Assembly: GCF_006345805.1 (NCBI RefSeq)
Contig: NC_042997.1
Coordinates: 162,068,001 to 162,132,000 of the forward strand
Direction: 5' to 3'
From: Octopus sinensis
Lineage: Eukaryota
Length of the DNA stretch: 64,000 bases
Positions 24,376 through 38,669 of this stretch are shown piece after piece. The translations under genes and the position numbers were made by a program. Each line of letters starts with the position of its first letter. Position 1 is the stretch's first letter. The notes below the pieces were generated by a model. The model was not told where the DNA came from, searched no databases, and saw nothing but the letters and a program-made list of their open reading frames with translations.

Positions 24376-24496
24376 CAATATTTCTCAAGATGGAGCGGCA
24401 GCATTTTAATGGGGTGTAGGACTTCAGAAGGTAAGAAGCAATTTAATAAAACTTGCAAAAAATATTTTTATTAAAGCTTCTTTGTGTGGGGGGGGG

Positions 24497-25330
24497 TGTA
24501 AAGTTGGAAAGAAAGTCGCATTTCAAGTTGAGAACAAAACGAATGCTTCTTTGATCTTAACTGATATATTTAATCGAGACATTTCACCTTATTATTGATA
24601 ACATAATTCTATTTATTTGGCAAATTGTTTATCCCTTTGGAGTAAAATTCTCTAGGATTTGAAGCAAAGAAACACTCAATATCATTTTTGACGTCTTTAT
24701 AATTAACAAACTGTTTTCCTTCCAAATAGTGTTGCAATGATCTGCAAAGATGATTGTCAGATGGAGCAAGGTCAGGAGAGTAAGGAGGTTGAGACAAAAC
24801 TTTCGTATGTAGTTCTATAACTTTTTTCTGAGTGACATGGGTAATATGTGGTGCTGCATTGTTATGTAAGAGCAACATCGCTTTACGATTGACCAATAAT
24901 GAGCGCTGTTTCTTAGAATTTTTGTGCAATGCTTCCCATTGGCGACAATACTTTTCCGCATTAACTGTTTTCTTTTGCTTTAAACACTTTATAATAAGTA
25001 ATACCCTTCCTATTCCACCAAACATAGAGCATAAATTTTCCGAGTGTATTCTCGGTTTGGAGATGGATTCTCTTTTTTCATTGGGCACTAACCATTGTAG
25101 TTTACGTTGGAATTTGATTATAGAGAACCCGCCCAGGAAACTTTCAGTAGCAAATCTACACGCCAATTACGAGCGGAGGGCGACTCAATGATTAAGCTGA
25201 GAAGCAGTCAAATACTAAGAGGCCCACTAATCAAATTCGGACACTTTTTCTAGTTCATGAAGATGTTTTATAATCGAAGTGTGATTTGAATTTAAGAGTT
25301 TTGCTAATTCTCTAGCCAAACCATCGTTAG
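24497..25330 (-). mobile_element. Second, more decayed mariner element (transposase pseudogene)
   Basis: ORF 24609-25166 has TVNAEKYCRQ, LLHNNAAPH and PPYSPDLAPSDNHL; upstream HTH remnant ARELAKLLNSNHTSIIKHL. Only one putative TIR was seen. Confidence 0.88.
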
Positions 25331-25925
25331 CATGTTCGGTCACTTAAAGTTTGGTTTCCACAGATAGAACGAATATTTCTTGCTTTTGTCAATTACTGTC
25401 ATTCTTCACAAAGGGTTCTTTCTTGTTATGTTACTTCGACAAGAAACCAAATAGCCTTGATTCCCATCTGCGAGAGAAAGAGAACTATTGAGGTAGTGTA
25501 CTATCAGAAATATCGTGACTTAGTAATGAATTTTTCTTTCTTGACAGCTAAGAAGCTCGAAAACAAGTTGTGATACATTTGATCATAATGATGCGTCTAT
25601 TATATCTCTTCAAAACGGAGAAAACTCAAAACGATCGAATACAATTACATTATTTTACTATATAGACGCTACATAGGCGAACAAGGGATTCTCTGCGCAT
25701 TGCATCGACTTAGAAATAACAACCAAGTCTTCACCAAAGGCCATATCGAATGATCTTGTCCACTGACTGAAAAGGAAATAAAGATAGCTTTGTCACATCT
25801 AGAATGGATTTGATCGTGTTTGCTCGGCCATGGCTGACCAGGGGCTAAACAATAACTATCCACTGCAGACAAAATATACACTAGGATCCTACTGAACAGA
25901 CTCTCGTCATTATTAAGGAAATTAA

Positions 25926-26130
25926 GGTGGCGAGCTGGCTGAACCGTTAAAGCGTCGGACAAAATGTCTAGCGGTATTTCTTCCGATTCATTATGTTCCG
26001 AATCCAAATTCTGCAACTTCGGTTTTCATCCCTCCGGAATCGATATAAAGTACCAGTCAAATACTCGGGTTGATGTAATCGACTATCTCCATCCCTAAAC
26101 TTCAGGCCTAATGCCTATATCAGAAACAAT
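25926..26130 (+). mobile_element. Family-A SINE
   Basis: ggtggcgagctggctgaaccgttaaagcg head and tttcatccctccggaatcgat core. Confidence 0.8.
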
Positions 26131-26737
26131 TATTGGGAAAATTAAATATGCCTAAAGGTCAGAAGCCTTTGAAATAAGATTCTTTCCCAAAATAATCTTG
26201 CTTCCCTTTCGTAGTATCATCTTCAGCTGAAGATCGATAATATAATTAACAGCTCTGATGTTGACAAGACATTTCTTACTTATACTTGCATTGGCATTCG
26301 CCCGGGTTGGGTTGAGCCGGCTCCGACCAACAACTTCATCAAGTCGTTCACCAATGCAAATTACGTCCGATGGTCGGCCATAGTCGAGGCTGCAATGGAT
26401 ACCTGCCGCCGGTTCTACTGTCAAAGACCATAGACGAGGGGCCCGATTGTGCTTCCACATTCGCCTTTACCGTCGCCAACCATATCTTTAATTGTATTCC
26501 GGCTCGTTTGTATCAGCCTGTGAGGGGAACTGGATTAACCGCCACGCGAATGAATTACTCCGGAGGCTGTGAGTAGAGCTTGTGAGTAGGGCTTGTTGCA
26601 GAGAGTTGATGCAGCAGTGATATCGTATTTTGGGGTTCGGAATGAATATCAGTAGGCAAACACGCAGAATTTGATGTAGGCAATAGTGCCCGAAGACTTC
26701 TTCAGCTCTTTCTGGCCAAGATTCGCATCTCGTGTCA

Positions 26738-26744
26738 GAGAGAG

Positions 26745-26805
<61 letters not shown>

Positions 26806-26848
26806 TCAATTATGTATGTATGTATGTATGTATGTATGTGTGTATGTA
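26738..26848. repeat. (GA)n and (TATG)n microsatellites
   Basis: Simple repeats. Confidence 0.95.
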
Positions 26849-29012
26849 TTCGAAAACACGTTTATATAACATATATGTGGTAACATGTTTTTCACAATGT
26901 AACTGCACCGAATTAGGAATGGAGAATCAAGGCACCAAGTGATATTTCACAAAAGCAGAATTTCTCTTACATGCATGTAAAAAAAAACTCATGTGGCGAT
27001 AAAGGAAAATTTATCGAAGTCAATGAAATCACGTCCTTTCGTCATGTATATGTCTACGAAGGAAGGTTTTCACCGAATGTGAAAGAGTTACAAAGTCTAA
27101 TATAGTGGAATAATTACGCTAACTTCACCGCTCTTCCACTACGTCGTGAAACAGTGTAAGAGAGAAATGAGGATGTGTCAGAGAGTGTGAGTGCGTGAGA
27201 GAATATTACCTGTTCACTGCTTTGCGATAAAGCAAGCACAGACTCCTGCCACGACTCCGGCGATTTTTACTGGACAGTAATTTTTTTTTTTTTTTTTTTT
27301 TCTTTTCACAATGTGTGACAAATAAAATTAACGCACGGACATAGTAAAAATTATAGATTAGCCAAAATACGAGTCAAGATTGGTTTTTATGTGGTTCGTG
27401 ATCAGAAAACCAGCCATGCAATAAAGCATTAACGCCAAGTCAGAAGAAACACACGCATTGCTGCAAAAGCGCGAAGTTCAAACTGTTTGTGTAGCCAACA
27501 AGATCCAAGAAATGAAGGTAAGCTGTCTGCCTTAATATTAATTTATAACACTATCACAAAATGAATTTTAAAAATAAGGGGTTGGAGAATTTAACAATCT
27601 ATACGTAATTTAAATGACTAACGTGAATTTAGAATAGTTTTGAAGCTATCTGAGAAAACAAAAATTCTTCAGGACAATAACACTATTCAAAATGTATACT
27701 TTGTGTGTGGTTGCATTTATACTGCAGAAAGTGGTTATCTAGCAGTTAGAACATGAACAAAGTTATTTAGGTCGGTGCTTAGTTCCGGATTCAGTAGTAT
27801 TAAAATTGTTATGAGATGAATCTTTCATCTCAAATAACACTTCCAGGAGATCTTATACCAATTCTTGACAATCAAGTAAAATATGTTCTCTGAAATAAAA
27901 CAATGAAACTCTTGTGTGAATATGACCTATAAGTTGTGTATTCAATACATTTAACAGCGGGCATATTTCGCCTCTACGTTGGCGAAATTTCCGCCAATAA
28001 TGAAATTAAGAATAACATTTTTTCCCCTTTTGTTATTCTTCGAAATAATTTGGTAACTTCAACTACTTTTACATGTTCACGAAATATAAATTACAAAGTT
28101 AGAACTATATTACGAGTGTAGGTGGATTTGATTCTAAACCAAGAACAACTTCTCAACAACCAGACTGACTATTATTTTACATAGCAACGCAGCTCTCTTT
28201 GTGCGTAATATAAGTTAGCCAGACTAATAAATAAGAATTTAATGTATAGGTGTGTGGTGACCGTAATGTACGTGTGTGTGTTTGAAGAATTTGTATGTTG
28301 AGAATTTTGTATGTTGCAAGACGAAAACGTTGCTGTTGCTGCAAGTAGTCGTAGCGCTGCTGCTGTTGCTGCAAGTAGTCGTAGCGCTGCTGCTGTTACA
28401 ACTGCTTCTTGCCAATGCGGGATGTCTTCCACTGTCGAATGACTTGCTAAATATGACAACCAAGTCTCCCTCGAAACGCACTTTGCCGTCTTTTAAGGAG
28501 AAGGACATCCTGATAGGAAATTAGGTATACAAAAACACGATATAGTTATGCTTGGAATATGTTTTATCATAGGTTTGATCTCACGGTGTTGGTTATCTTA
28601 TCTTTATTCATCCACTTACTCTCACTTTGTTTAGGATATACGTAACTCAAGACAAGGCGAATACTCCTCTGCACTAAATCTAACGAAAGACTAATGTGTC
28701 TAGAAGACGAATTCTCTTGTACCGTTTACATAATAAATATGTTGTATTTTCGTTTTATTTTTCTTGAGTATTTATATATATGCAGTACGTCTGAAACACG
28801 GGTCAATGAAAAGTCACACTTGTAGTTAGGAGATAAAAAATAGAATCACCAGCTCAACTATTCTGTCCAAGAACTGACGAAAATACCCAGGTACACGTTC
28901 TGCATGAAAATAAAATTATATTTCTCAATCATCTTTGTCTGGACAGTATTAGTTAAGACTATACTTCTTTGAGTATAAAATCGAGACATATCTGATGTTG
29001 CCACCTTACTGC

Positions 29013-29171
29013 CAGTGCCGTCTTAAGGCTCCGCCACACTGGGCAGTTGCCTCACAAGTCTAAGGGCCCAATGCTGATTTATATGTACCGTGGCTTGCTG
29101 TCAATATATAGATACTATAGGGCATTGATTAGCCATGGGGAGGAGCCGATAATGCTGCTAAGACGGCCCTG
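29013..29171. mobile_element. hAT-like MITE
   Basis: TIRs cagtgccgtctta / taagacggccctg; 8-bp TSD-like flanks cttactgc / cctactgt. Confidence 0.75.
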
Positions 29172-29737
29172 CCTACTGTCAAGGTCAAATTCATTCCCCC
29201 CATTGCATTGCACACAATAGATTTTATTAACTGGAATTGTGGGTCTGTCAGCCGGCCTTTCTTGACCAGAAATGAAAATGGACCTAACAATTGCTTCTTC
29301 TTACCACCTGTGTACGAAAAAATTTTCTTGGGTCCCTATTTTCATTTGTCTTAGCTTCTTGAAGCACTGCTTCTTGCGATTACCCCTTAGGTAAAATATT
29401 AGTTGTCTTTTAGACTGGGAAGTTCCGACCAGACCAGTTCATTTAACTTTACATTAACGCCGGTGTACTCCATGGTTCGATTATATTTCCTACAATCTGT
29501 CTTGTTTAGTTTAATGAGCTGCTATTTGCTGTTAATTCTGTCCATAAGCATATTTACTCAGAGGATACCCTTATGTATTTTTTTTATTACTTTCCGTTCA
29601 CATGAAACATACACATGCACCCTAGGAATCTTATACCATATTTGGACTATATTTAGAAGCAAAAAGGACACCTTTAATAGAAAAAATGACAGCCCAGTCT
29701 CCTCTATTAACAAATAAACATACTCCAACACACTAAC

Positions 29738-29746
29738 ACGCACACA

Positions 29747-29806
<60 letters not shown>
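29738..29806. repeat. (CA)n microsatellite
   Basis: Simple repeat. Confidence 0.97.
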
Positions 29807-29807
<1 letters not shown>

Positions 29808-30058
29808 GCAAACTCATCGAGGTAACAATATTGTCCGACATGCTTTTTGCACATGAACCGCGCCACGCAAGTCATCAAAATCCCAACAAATAGATCGACA
29901 ATCTCTGACGATCTCCCAAACCAGATAGCAACCTACACTTCAACTCAGCCGCTGTACCTGATTCTCCTTATCTCATTATCCCTACCGTACCTTACCCAGT
30001 CCTCTGTTTCCACACTGAACACTTTGCTCAAAGATAAACTTGTCTGTAATTCCCTCTG

Positions 30059-30520
<462 letters not shown>

Positions 30521-31005
30521 ATAACTCTTCCAGATATGACCTAATTCCGAACGAATCTTCAACCGTATTGATATTTACCAGTCGAGTAAAACATATAAAG
30601 GTCGTGAGCACTGCTATTCCTCTTCTGATTAACCAATGAAAAAAAAAAGGTAAGCAAGATGAATGCTTGATATTTCATAATTAAAGTGCAAATCTTATGA
30701 TCGACCTTACCAAATTTCACTACACAAACACGTAAACACATTCACACACATTAAAGCACAGAAATACCTGTAACGAAATATAACATGATATTATATATTC
30801 GAACGTGTGCGTGCATAGGTGTGTATTTGGATGTGAGAATGTTGCAATGTAGAACCGAAATAGAAGAATGGTAGATCTCAAAACCTCTTCTTACATACAA
30901 AACATATTTTATCGCAAGCAGCGTTACTCATATATGTTTGTAATCTGGATCGAAAATATACATTGCAAATGATAGAACCCTTTTTTACGATCTTAATGTG
31001 GTAAG

Positions 31006-31186
31006 TGGTGGTGGTGGTGGTGGTGGTGGTGGTGGCGGCGGCGGCGGTGGCGGTTGTGGTGGTGGTGGTGGTGGTGGTGGTGGTGGTGGTGGTGGTGGTA
31101 GTGGTCGTCGTCGTCGTGATGGTAACAGTAGTAGTCATGGTGCGGGTGATTGTAGTAGTAGTAGTAGTTGTAGTAGTAGTAGTAGT
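31006..31186. repeat. (GGT)n/(GTA)n trinucleotide repeat
   Basis: Explains the poly-V/G/T ORFs. Confidence 0.97.
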
Positions 31187-31405
31187 TTTATATGGTTAAT
31201 ATAAAGAGAGTGCCCAATAACAAATATACTTTGTATAAATTAGTTGAATAAGCCGTCAGGCGAAACCTAAAGTCCCATTGGAAACTAAACTAATTTTACA
31301 ATGAACTTGACTTTCGCATCAATATTGGGTTTCCGATTCAGTAACTGTTGTATTGATACCCTTCAAATCATCTAAAATAGCAATTCAAAAGTTAACATCC
31401 CGCAC

Positions 31406-31408
<3 letters not shown>

Positions 31409-31487
<79 letters not shown>

Positions 31488-31570
31488 AACACAACACACC
31501 GGCAGAAATGAACTCACGACCTTACGATTGTGAACCGAATACCTTAACCACCAAGCCGTACACCTTCACT
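31409..31570 (-). repeat. (CT)n microsatellite followed by a family-B SINE head fragment
   Basis: CT run, then tcaagaacacaac...gaactcacgaccttacgattgtgaaccgaataccttaaccaccaagcc. Confidence 0.8.
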
Positions 31571-31729
31571 TGTGGCGATGTTATGCAACGAACTTCTATC
31601 ACATCCTTTTTGTCGAGTGATGTCGGGGTCATCGTGAGACGGTGATGACAATGATGTCACACATGGTTTCATAGACTCAGATGGTGCATCTGAGAATGAC
31701 GGGCCAATGCATATACGAAAAGTTAAAGG

Positions 31730-31819
31730 TAAAGGAGATTCGAAAATTTAGAAACGTCTATGTATTAGCAAGAGCTCATGCTAATACATAGACGTTTCTA
31801 AATTTTCGTATCTCCTTTA
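31730..31819. repeat. Near-perfect 90-bp palindrome
   Basis: taaaggagattcgaaaatttagaaacgtctatgtattagcaagag|ctcatgctaatacatagacgtttctaaattttcgtatctccttta; two mismatched pairs and no spacer. Confidence 0.95.
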
Positions 31820-32249
31820 ACTCAGCTTATCTGATCCTAATTTGCTCAGATGCTATGGTAGCCTTCCTCTTTCAATAACAAATCTGTTCCATGATTCTGA
31901 ACGAGAGAGACTTTAAGAGTGCCCTCATACAACTAGTGTTGTTCATCCGACCGAACGCCTTTTTGACCACCGGATCTTCTCTTCTCGTCTGCTCCATCCT
32001 CCAAAATCAATCTTCACTTGTTAGAGTTAAGATTAACTCACCGAGTTTCAGACCTGACAGCTGATCTCGTTGATTTAATTTGCCTGTCGAAGCGGTTTAC
32101 CGAGATGTGGCTCCTGCATGCCGCAGCTTCATGTCGCTACAGATGAGAGCTGGATGACCAGGCGAGACCAACAGTAGATGACTTGTTCCCGTGAAAACAC
32201 AAGTGCCACTCCCTGAGATGCGACCCCTCCTTAAATACTCACTCACGCA

Positions 32250-32289
<40 letters not shown>

Positions 32290-32529
32290 ATATACAGGCG
32301 CAGATAAAGTTGTTGCTGTGCCAAAATAGTATCAATCCAATCTTGGTTCTTCATCATCTCGAACCAGCGAGCGAATATTTACGTGATCGTTCAGCCTTCT
32401 AGAAATAGCAATCAAATCTCCATTAAATCACATGCAATCGTCTTAAACAGGAATTAACGGTAGAGCGTGCTTGTTTCCTAGTGATAGAATGGTTATTGCC
32501 GAAACCGGTCACTTTTGTAGTGATCCTAT

Positions 32530-35030
32530 ACAACGGCGCGCGCTCGCGCACCGTCCATTTGTATTTCGCGCGTGCGGGGTTGGTGCTTTCACCACCGGAA
32601 GAAGAACCCTTTTGCCTACGTAGCAGTTAGCCGAGGCAAGGGGGATCGTAAGACGTTGACCACCAGCGTCCAGCAAGCAGCGACTTGAGACATGGCTATC
32701 GAAGGTACAACAACGTATATTCTCTCTGTCCGAATTTGATAGCAGTCGGCCGAAGATTTTAACCAAATTGTTGCCGACCACATCATCTTCCCTGTTCCGG
32801 ACGCCATCTTTGACAAGTGTCGTTAGCATTTGAACACTTTCTTATTTTACAGCGATAAGGTTCAGCTGAGACACATCAATACCAAAGGGATGCCAGATAC
32901 ACCAATTATCTGTTACCACATAAGAGAATAAAGTAGTTATATATATTTTACGTTTGCGTCTTGTTGTTTCTGACTGGTAGAGAATCTGGATTTTAAAGCA
33001 ACGGATAGTGATTGCTTCTCGCACCCCCAAAAGGTCCAGAGAAGATATTCACACTAAGTTCGTTACACTTTCTTAGGCTGAAGTAATCAAGGGCAGTTTC
33101 GTATATTTGTTGTATGTGTTAAGGAACGAAGAATAAAAGTTTATTGAGCATATGGCGGTGCCCCAGCATGGCCACAGCTCATGAGCTGAAACTAGAATCA
33201 ATCAAATATACAGCGCGATGCTTGAAACAGAACGATATGCAACTTCAGAGGAATTTTCAGTGGGAGCACTACTTACAGAGTCATCTTGACTTTTGAGAGT
33301 TGGATAAGAAGAATGTGAAAAGTTGGAAGACACTCTTGGAACGAGGTTAGAAGGCTATGTTACAATATGGAAGCCGGTAAAGCTTGTAGACGGTATGATG
33401 CATCAAAGTATCGTTTGCGTTTCTCGTGTTTTGCCTTGCAGGCGTTGTAGTGGTGAGTAGAAGCCTTCAGTTTTGTAGACATCTTCCTCCAGCAACTGTT
33501 AGCACTGTCCTACTGTAGATGAATTATTTTGAGATTTCGGGATAAAGGGCTTCAAAGAGATCTAAAAGAACAGATCTTCGAAGAAATTTTATTCATCTAT
33601 TTAGCTATTTCGGCTAACTCGAAAGTGAAGTACATATGCTATCAGGGTAGTTATAAATTTAATGGATCTTTGACCGGTTAGTTTAACTAACTTGAAAGTA
33701 TTAGAAGGGATGCTACATGTCATCTTGTAGCTTGAAGTAACTGGAAAAGTTTTTTTGTTTGTTTGGGTTTTTTTCACGTAACTGCATAGTATATATAGTA
33801 GTGAAACTAGAAATGTGCACAAAGAAAATTTAGAAACCGCTTTGTTGGTGGTTTGCTGCGTGAAGTTGAAACCCCTAGCTTTACGAAAGCCGTCCTGGTG
33901 GTCATAGAAGAAGGAAAGAGACATGAAGTAATGAAAAAGTGATTGTTTCCGCCACTAATGGGACACATAGTAAAGCGCTTCCAAAAAGGAGAGAAAATCC
34001 AACAGGGAAAAGGAAAAATTGAAGTGTGGCGAAGTTATGAGCAAACTTTCTGATGTTAAGACTTCGTTGTCATGCAGTGTACAATAACTTCGTTGATCCA
34101 ACCGTCACCAAAATGAGACTATGGCTAGAAATCACAGATATAAAAGTGAGGTGAAATGGCCATTGAACTTACGGTGCTGCTCACACCTCTAGTCTAGTAT
34201 TATTTTCTCGTTTTGCTTCCCGCGGTTTTATATATATATATGTGTGTGTTTTAATTAACAATCTGCGCAGTGTCATTTCTAACAACACACACGTCTAGTC
34301 ACCTATATTTGTCAAAATCCCAATACGAAAGCATACACTACAAATACAACGATGATATGGAATGTACTGTGCAGTAGGGAATGTGTTAGATATGTTGATT
34401 GGTTAAGCAACTGTCAGAAGACTCGTCAGAGAAAGAATGGTGATGGCCGAGTAAAATCTGGGTTCGATGGCAAGAAAGAGTTGAAAGTGTTTGGAAAGTC
34501 ATAGTATGGAGGTAGGTGAAAATACTAACAGGTGCTTTCATTTCGGAATAACAAACGATTTGATCACTGTGCTAACTGTATCACCATGGGACGAGACAAA
34601 GAGATGAACAATGAAGTACACAAATATCGTTAACTACAAAAAGAGATTGGGAAATGTGTATCTCTAATGGAGAACCAGAGACAGTTGAACAATAGCTGTG
34701 GTTAGATGTGTGCAGAAAGTGGTAGAGAGCAGATGAATTAGGAAAACTAGGAGATTTCGTTGTTTATAAATATCCAGATGGGAAAGAGTCACTAACTTTC
34801 AGAGTGTGGAATATAGAGTGAAACTGAATAAAGGAATGCAGGTTATGTCTTTGAGAAAGGCGATAAATATCTATATCTCAAGGAGAAATAAATAATTTTA
34901 TGGAAGGGGAAATAGGAAGATGTGTTTATATCCATTCCAAGCAGTTTTAGAGATGAATTGGAATTTATTTTAAACTGAGACATAAAATCTGAAGTTTTAG
35001 TGTAAAATAATCTCTTAGAGAGAAGCATGT
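32530..35030 (+). mobile_element. Possible heavily decayed L1/Tx1-like LINE
   Basis: CpG-rich start, broken ORF1-like reading (PFAYVAVSRGK...), and a zf-RVT-like C..NGEPETVEQ remnant near 34660-34700. Interrupted by a SINE tail at 33154-33205. Confidence 0.3.
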
Positions 35031-35356
35031 TCGCGCAGGTAAAAATACCCAAACACGAGGTAGAAGTAAGTGATACTCTATTTAGATAATCTCGCAAGCA
35101 TAGCTAACGCAAGCAACAGGTTTATTTACTTTTTCACGTATTTCTATTAATATTACTAGTGTTCAGGTAAACATTATATGTAATACAGCTGTTAAATCTT
35201 TAGACTGTTTTGAGTCTATAACTTCGGTGTTAAGATGACAAAACATATTTCACTTGACAAATATAAATATGTGTAGGTGTGTGTATATAGATATGCATGG
35301 TTTGGAAGAAGAAAATGTGTGTGTATATATAGACAGATGTGCGTAGGAGAGAGAAG

Positions 35357-35422
35357 GTATGTATGTGTGTATGTATGTATGTATGTATGTATGTATGTAT
35401 GTATGTATGTATGTATGTATGT

Positions 35423-35462
<40 letters not shown>

Positions 35463-36210
35463 ATGTATGTATGTATGTATGTATGTATGTATGTAGCCCA
35501 AACATTGATCCTAGAATTGTGACTCCTCCAAAATTCCATTCCCACCCACTTTGTAGCAGCTGTTTGCTACTGTTTTACACCAACCAGGCCATCCTGATTG
35601 AGCAGGCACATGATCAAAAGTGTTTCAGTCGTGACCATCTCGTCTTCTTGTATATTTATGACTACATCGTTTAATATATCCCATTTTTTTTTTTTTTTTT
35701 AATCGATAGATGTGATTTCAGGGGGATTTGACAATTGCTTTCAGCAAGTCGAACCACAACATAGGGGCTTGGGGCTTCTTTTCCATTTTCCCCTGCCAGA
35801 TGTTGATCCTCAGATGTTCAAACTAAACATCAGTCTAATCGATTTCACCACTCTGGAAGTATGACCTTTACAGGTCATACTCTAACTCTTTTCCTATCTC
35901 AAACAGTATGTGTACATGGGTATGTCTGTGCGCATGCGCTTGTATGTATGTATGTATGTATGTATGTATGTATGTATGTATGTATGTATGTATGTATGTA
36001 TCAGATGTTGCATAAACCAGAAACTCTTTCTTAAAGAATGTGTTCGGTCACATACTTTACAACATTTTATTCCACGTGCACACACATAATAAACACCCAT
36101 AATTACATTACACACACGTACAGGTCTATGGGGAGAAGAGAAAATATGCACACACACACACACACACACACATACACACACACACACGCACACACACATA
36201 CACATACACA
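35357..36210. repeat. Cluster of (GTAT)n and (CA)n microsatellites with an interspersed repeat fragment
   Basis: Runs at 35357-35493, 35941-36001 and 36148-36210. Confidence 0.9.
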
Positions 36211-36898
36211 GCTATATCATTGCTTAAAAATATAGCGTTTGTTATTTGCCTCTGCTTATTGACAAATCAACGTTACGTTTCAGTCGACCTTGCCTTTGTC
36301 ATTCACTCTTTCAATCTGGCTGCTGTTGTTATGTCTCTATGTCATTATGGTTTTTGTTTTGTTTTTTGTTGTGTTTTTTTATGGTTCCAAGTTAGCCTAT
36401 CTATCATCTATCATTGGTATTATATGTACGAAGTGTATACTTCATTTACTGTCTATATAACACAATGTTATTCTATTAATATTTTCACATATCATCACCA
36501 GATAACTTTTTAAAAAAACTTCCTTGGAATGCACTTCGTTTATATTAGCAATGTATTGTTTAGATTCACATTTCACAGTCGTATGAATCAATGTGTTTCT
36601 TAGTAGCACTGCAGATTTTTCACATTTTTAAGACTATCCCACAATGTTTTCATTTTTAACCTTCATTCTACATATGACCTTGCTTGCGTATGCAATGATA
36701 TCTATTGCTAATAGAAATGGAATTTTTAAAATGTTTTCTACTTAGTTTATTATACTTTCTTTTTCAAATTATCTTTTCCGACTTAACTATCTGTTACACT
36801 CGTTCGTTTTAAGTAGGTGTTGATGCATCAATTTCGAATATCTGATAGTTTGTTTGGCAACAGAGAAAATTTCTTTTCTTTTTCTTATTTTTTCCTTT

Positions 36899-36931
<33 letters not shown>

Positions 36932-37199
36932 ATATATCATTCTATGACCACCCCTCGTTCGTCACAAATAACATTTTTCTGTGCAATTCCTAACTTCTTA
37001 TATATATATGTATATAAGTTGATGTTGGTCATTGTTATGTTGTTCTTAAGAGAGAGTAGTTTGATTATAGGGAGATTAGTCTATAATCTCTAGTCGATCG
37101 GACGGTTGCGTATTTTGAGGTTAAAATAACATAAATTATTCAACTGATATTTTTATAACAATAATATCTATTTCTGTGTTCTTTTTTGGAAGCGAATAA

Positions 37200-37980
37200 G
37201 GCAAACTGGAACTTCCCTTTCAGTTTCAAAAACTAGCCTTCGTCTTCTTTTTAGTTTCGCAAATGAATGATATCAATGGGGACAATGTTCAAACAATAAG
37301 AATTTTAAGCAAAAGAAGACAATACTGATAACACAATATTGATTTTAAACAGATCGATACTTGACCACAATAATTAATTGTAAAATAAAGGGATTTTAGA
37401 ATGTAGGCAGCAAATGTATTTAAATAAATAAACAATCAGGGAACATATTTCCCAGAACATCATCAATCACAATATTTTCAGATGCTCAACGATTACTATA
37501 TTCTTAAGTATCCTTGCTCCATCACCATTCAAATTTTTTCGAGTAACTATTGAAAAGTTCTTCAGATGTACCATGTAGGCGCTTCAATTTGTTTCTTAGA
37601 AAGGATTTAATATCATGTGTATCAGCGCATGATAGAAGGATTGGCGAAATTTTTCTGGGGTTAAAATTCTTGTGGTAATAATTCACTTCCATTATACGAA
37701 TACCTGTAGAGCATACTATTGAGTATTATGTTTATAATATTGAGTACTATGTTTACCCTTCTCTCTGGTTCTTCTCCAAAGAAACTTTCATTTGCATCTC
37801 CGTAAACCATACTTCTTGTAACCTTCTTTCTCTTGGCCTTTTGCATACATTTTGGTAGACATATTTTGTTTCATCCACATCCGCTGTAAGACATTCATCA
37901 ATGTATGCATTGAGTTCACCGACAACAACCTGATAATTCTGAATCCATTAACAAACACACGTCTTTCATGAATATACACA
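37200..37980 (-). pseudogene. Possible decayed hAT transposase C-terminal region
   Basis: KRKKVTRSMVYGDANES...PERRVNIVLNIINIILNSMLYRY and a terminal SFAKLKRR resemble hAT C-termini. Many stops. Confidence 0.4.
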
Positions 37981-37983
37981 ATC

Positions 37984-38138
37984 CAGGGTGGAATGAGACG
38001 TCAGTCAATCTGGCACTGTCCGAGGACCTGGAGCTCTAAGGGGTCCGCACTCTACAAGTTAACTCTACTGATATCAATGCTAAGTAGCCCGGTAATCAGT
38101 TATGCCCTAGGGCCCTTAATACTCTCAGTCTGCCCCTG
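37984..38138. mobile_element. hAT-like MITE
   Basis: Ends cagggtggaatgaga / tctcagtctgcccctg, internal gggccc motifs, flanks acacaatc / caccaatc. Confidence 0.65.
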
Positions 38139-38193
38139 CACCAATCTGTAACTGTGCTGGGATTTTTTTTTTTCAATTTGCATCCTTCGATAA

Positions 38194-38669
38194 CACTGTA
38201 GAACACGATTTTTGTCCTTGAGTAGCAACTGTTATTTCCTATTCGCTTACCCTTAGAAAGTATGAAAAATGGCTGATATTTCCTTCAAACTTTGCTTTTG
38301 TTACATTTATTCAAACTCCGAAGAATCTCTCTCAAACACAAAGCTACGATGCTCCTCCACTACTCTCATAATCAAAGATGTACATATTGTCAGCCACTAA
38401 GGGACATGCTCAAGTGGTTATAGTCAAGTAATTGACAAGTAAACCTGTGACATTAAGCAGAATATTTGCTATAACAATAGTTTTGCTTTAGTAACTCAGC
38501 GCTCAATCTGTTTGAAATGCAATGGAAAATAAGTCGGTTTCAAAACATTGAAACGAAAGCAAAGTTTGAAGGGAACAATAGTCATTTCCTTTGATTTCTA
38601 GATAGAAGCAAATAGGAAATAACACTTACAGACCAACAAGAAAAAAAGTTAAAATTTTGTCACACAGTG
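38194..38669. mobile_element. MITE with long imperfect TIRs (Tc1/mariner-like ends)
   Basis: cactgt...tgttatttcctattcgctt...ccttcaaactttgcttt pairs with aaagcaaagtttgaagg...aagcaaataggaaataaca...acagtg, followed by TA. Confidence 0.75.

Noticed and set aside
28276-28524. Secreted peptide/neuropeptide-like ORF (hydrophobic stretch plus KR site)
   Set aside because: The hydrophobic run comes from a 27-bp tandem duplication of gct-rich sequence, the C-terminal half is a copy of the dispersed ccaaatctccctc repeat, and the start codon is non-ATG.
30878-31204. Poly-T/G/V ORFs
   Set aside because: Translations of the (GGT)n/(GTA)n trinucleotide repeat.
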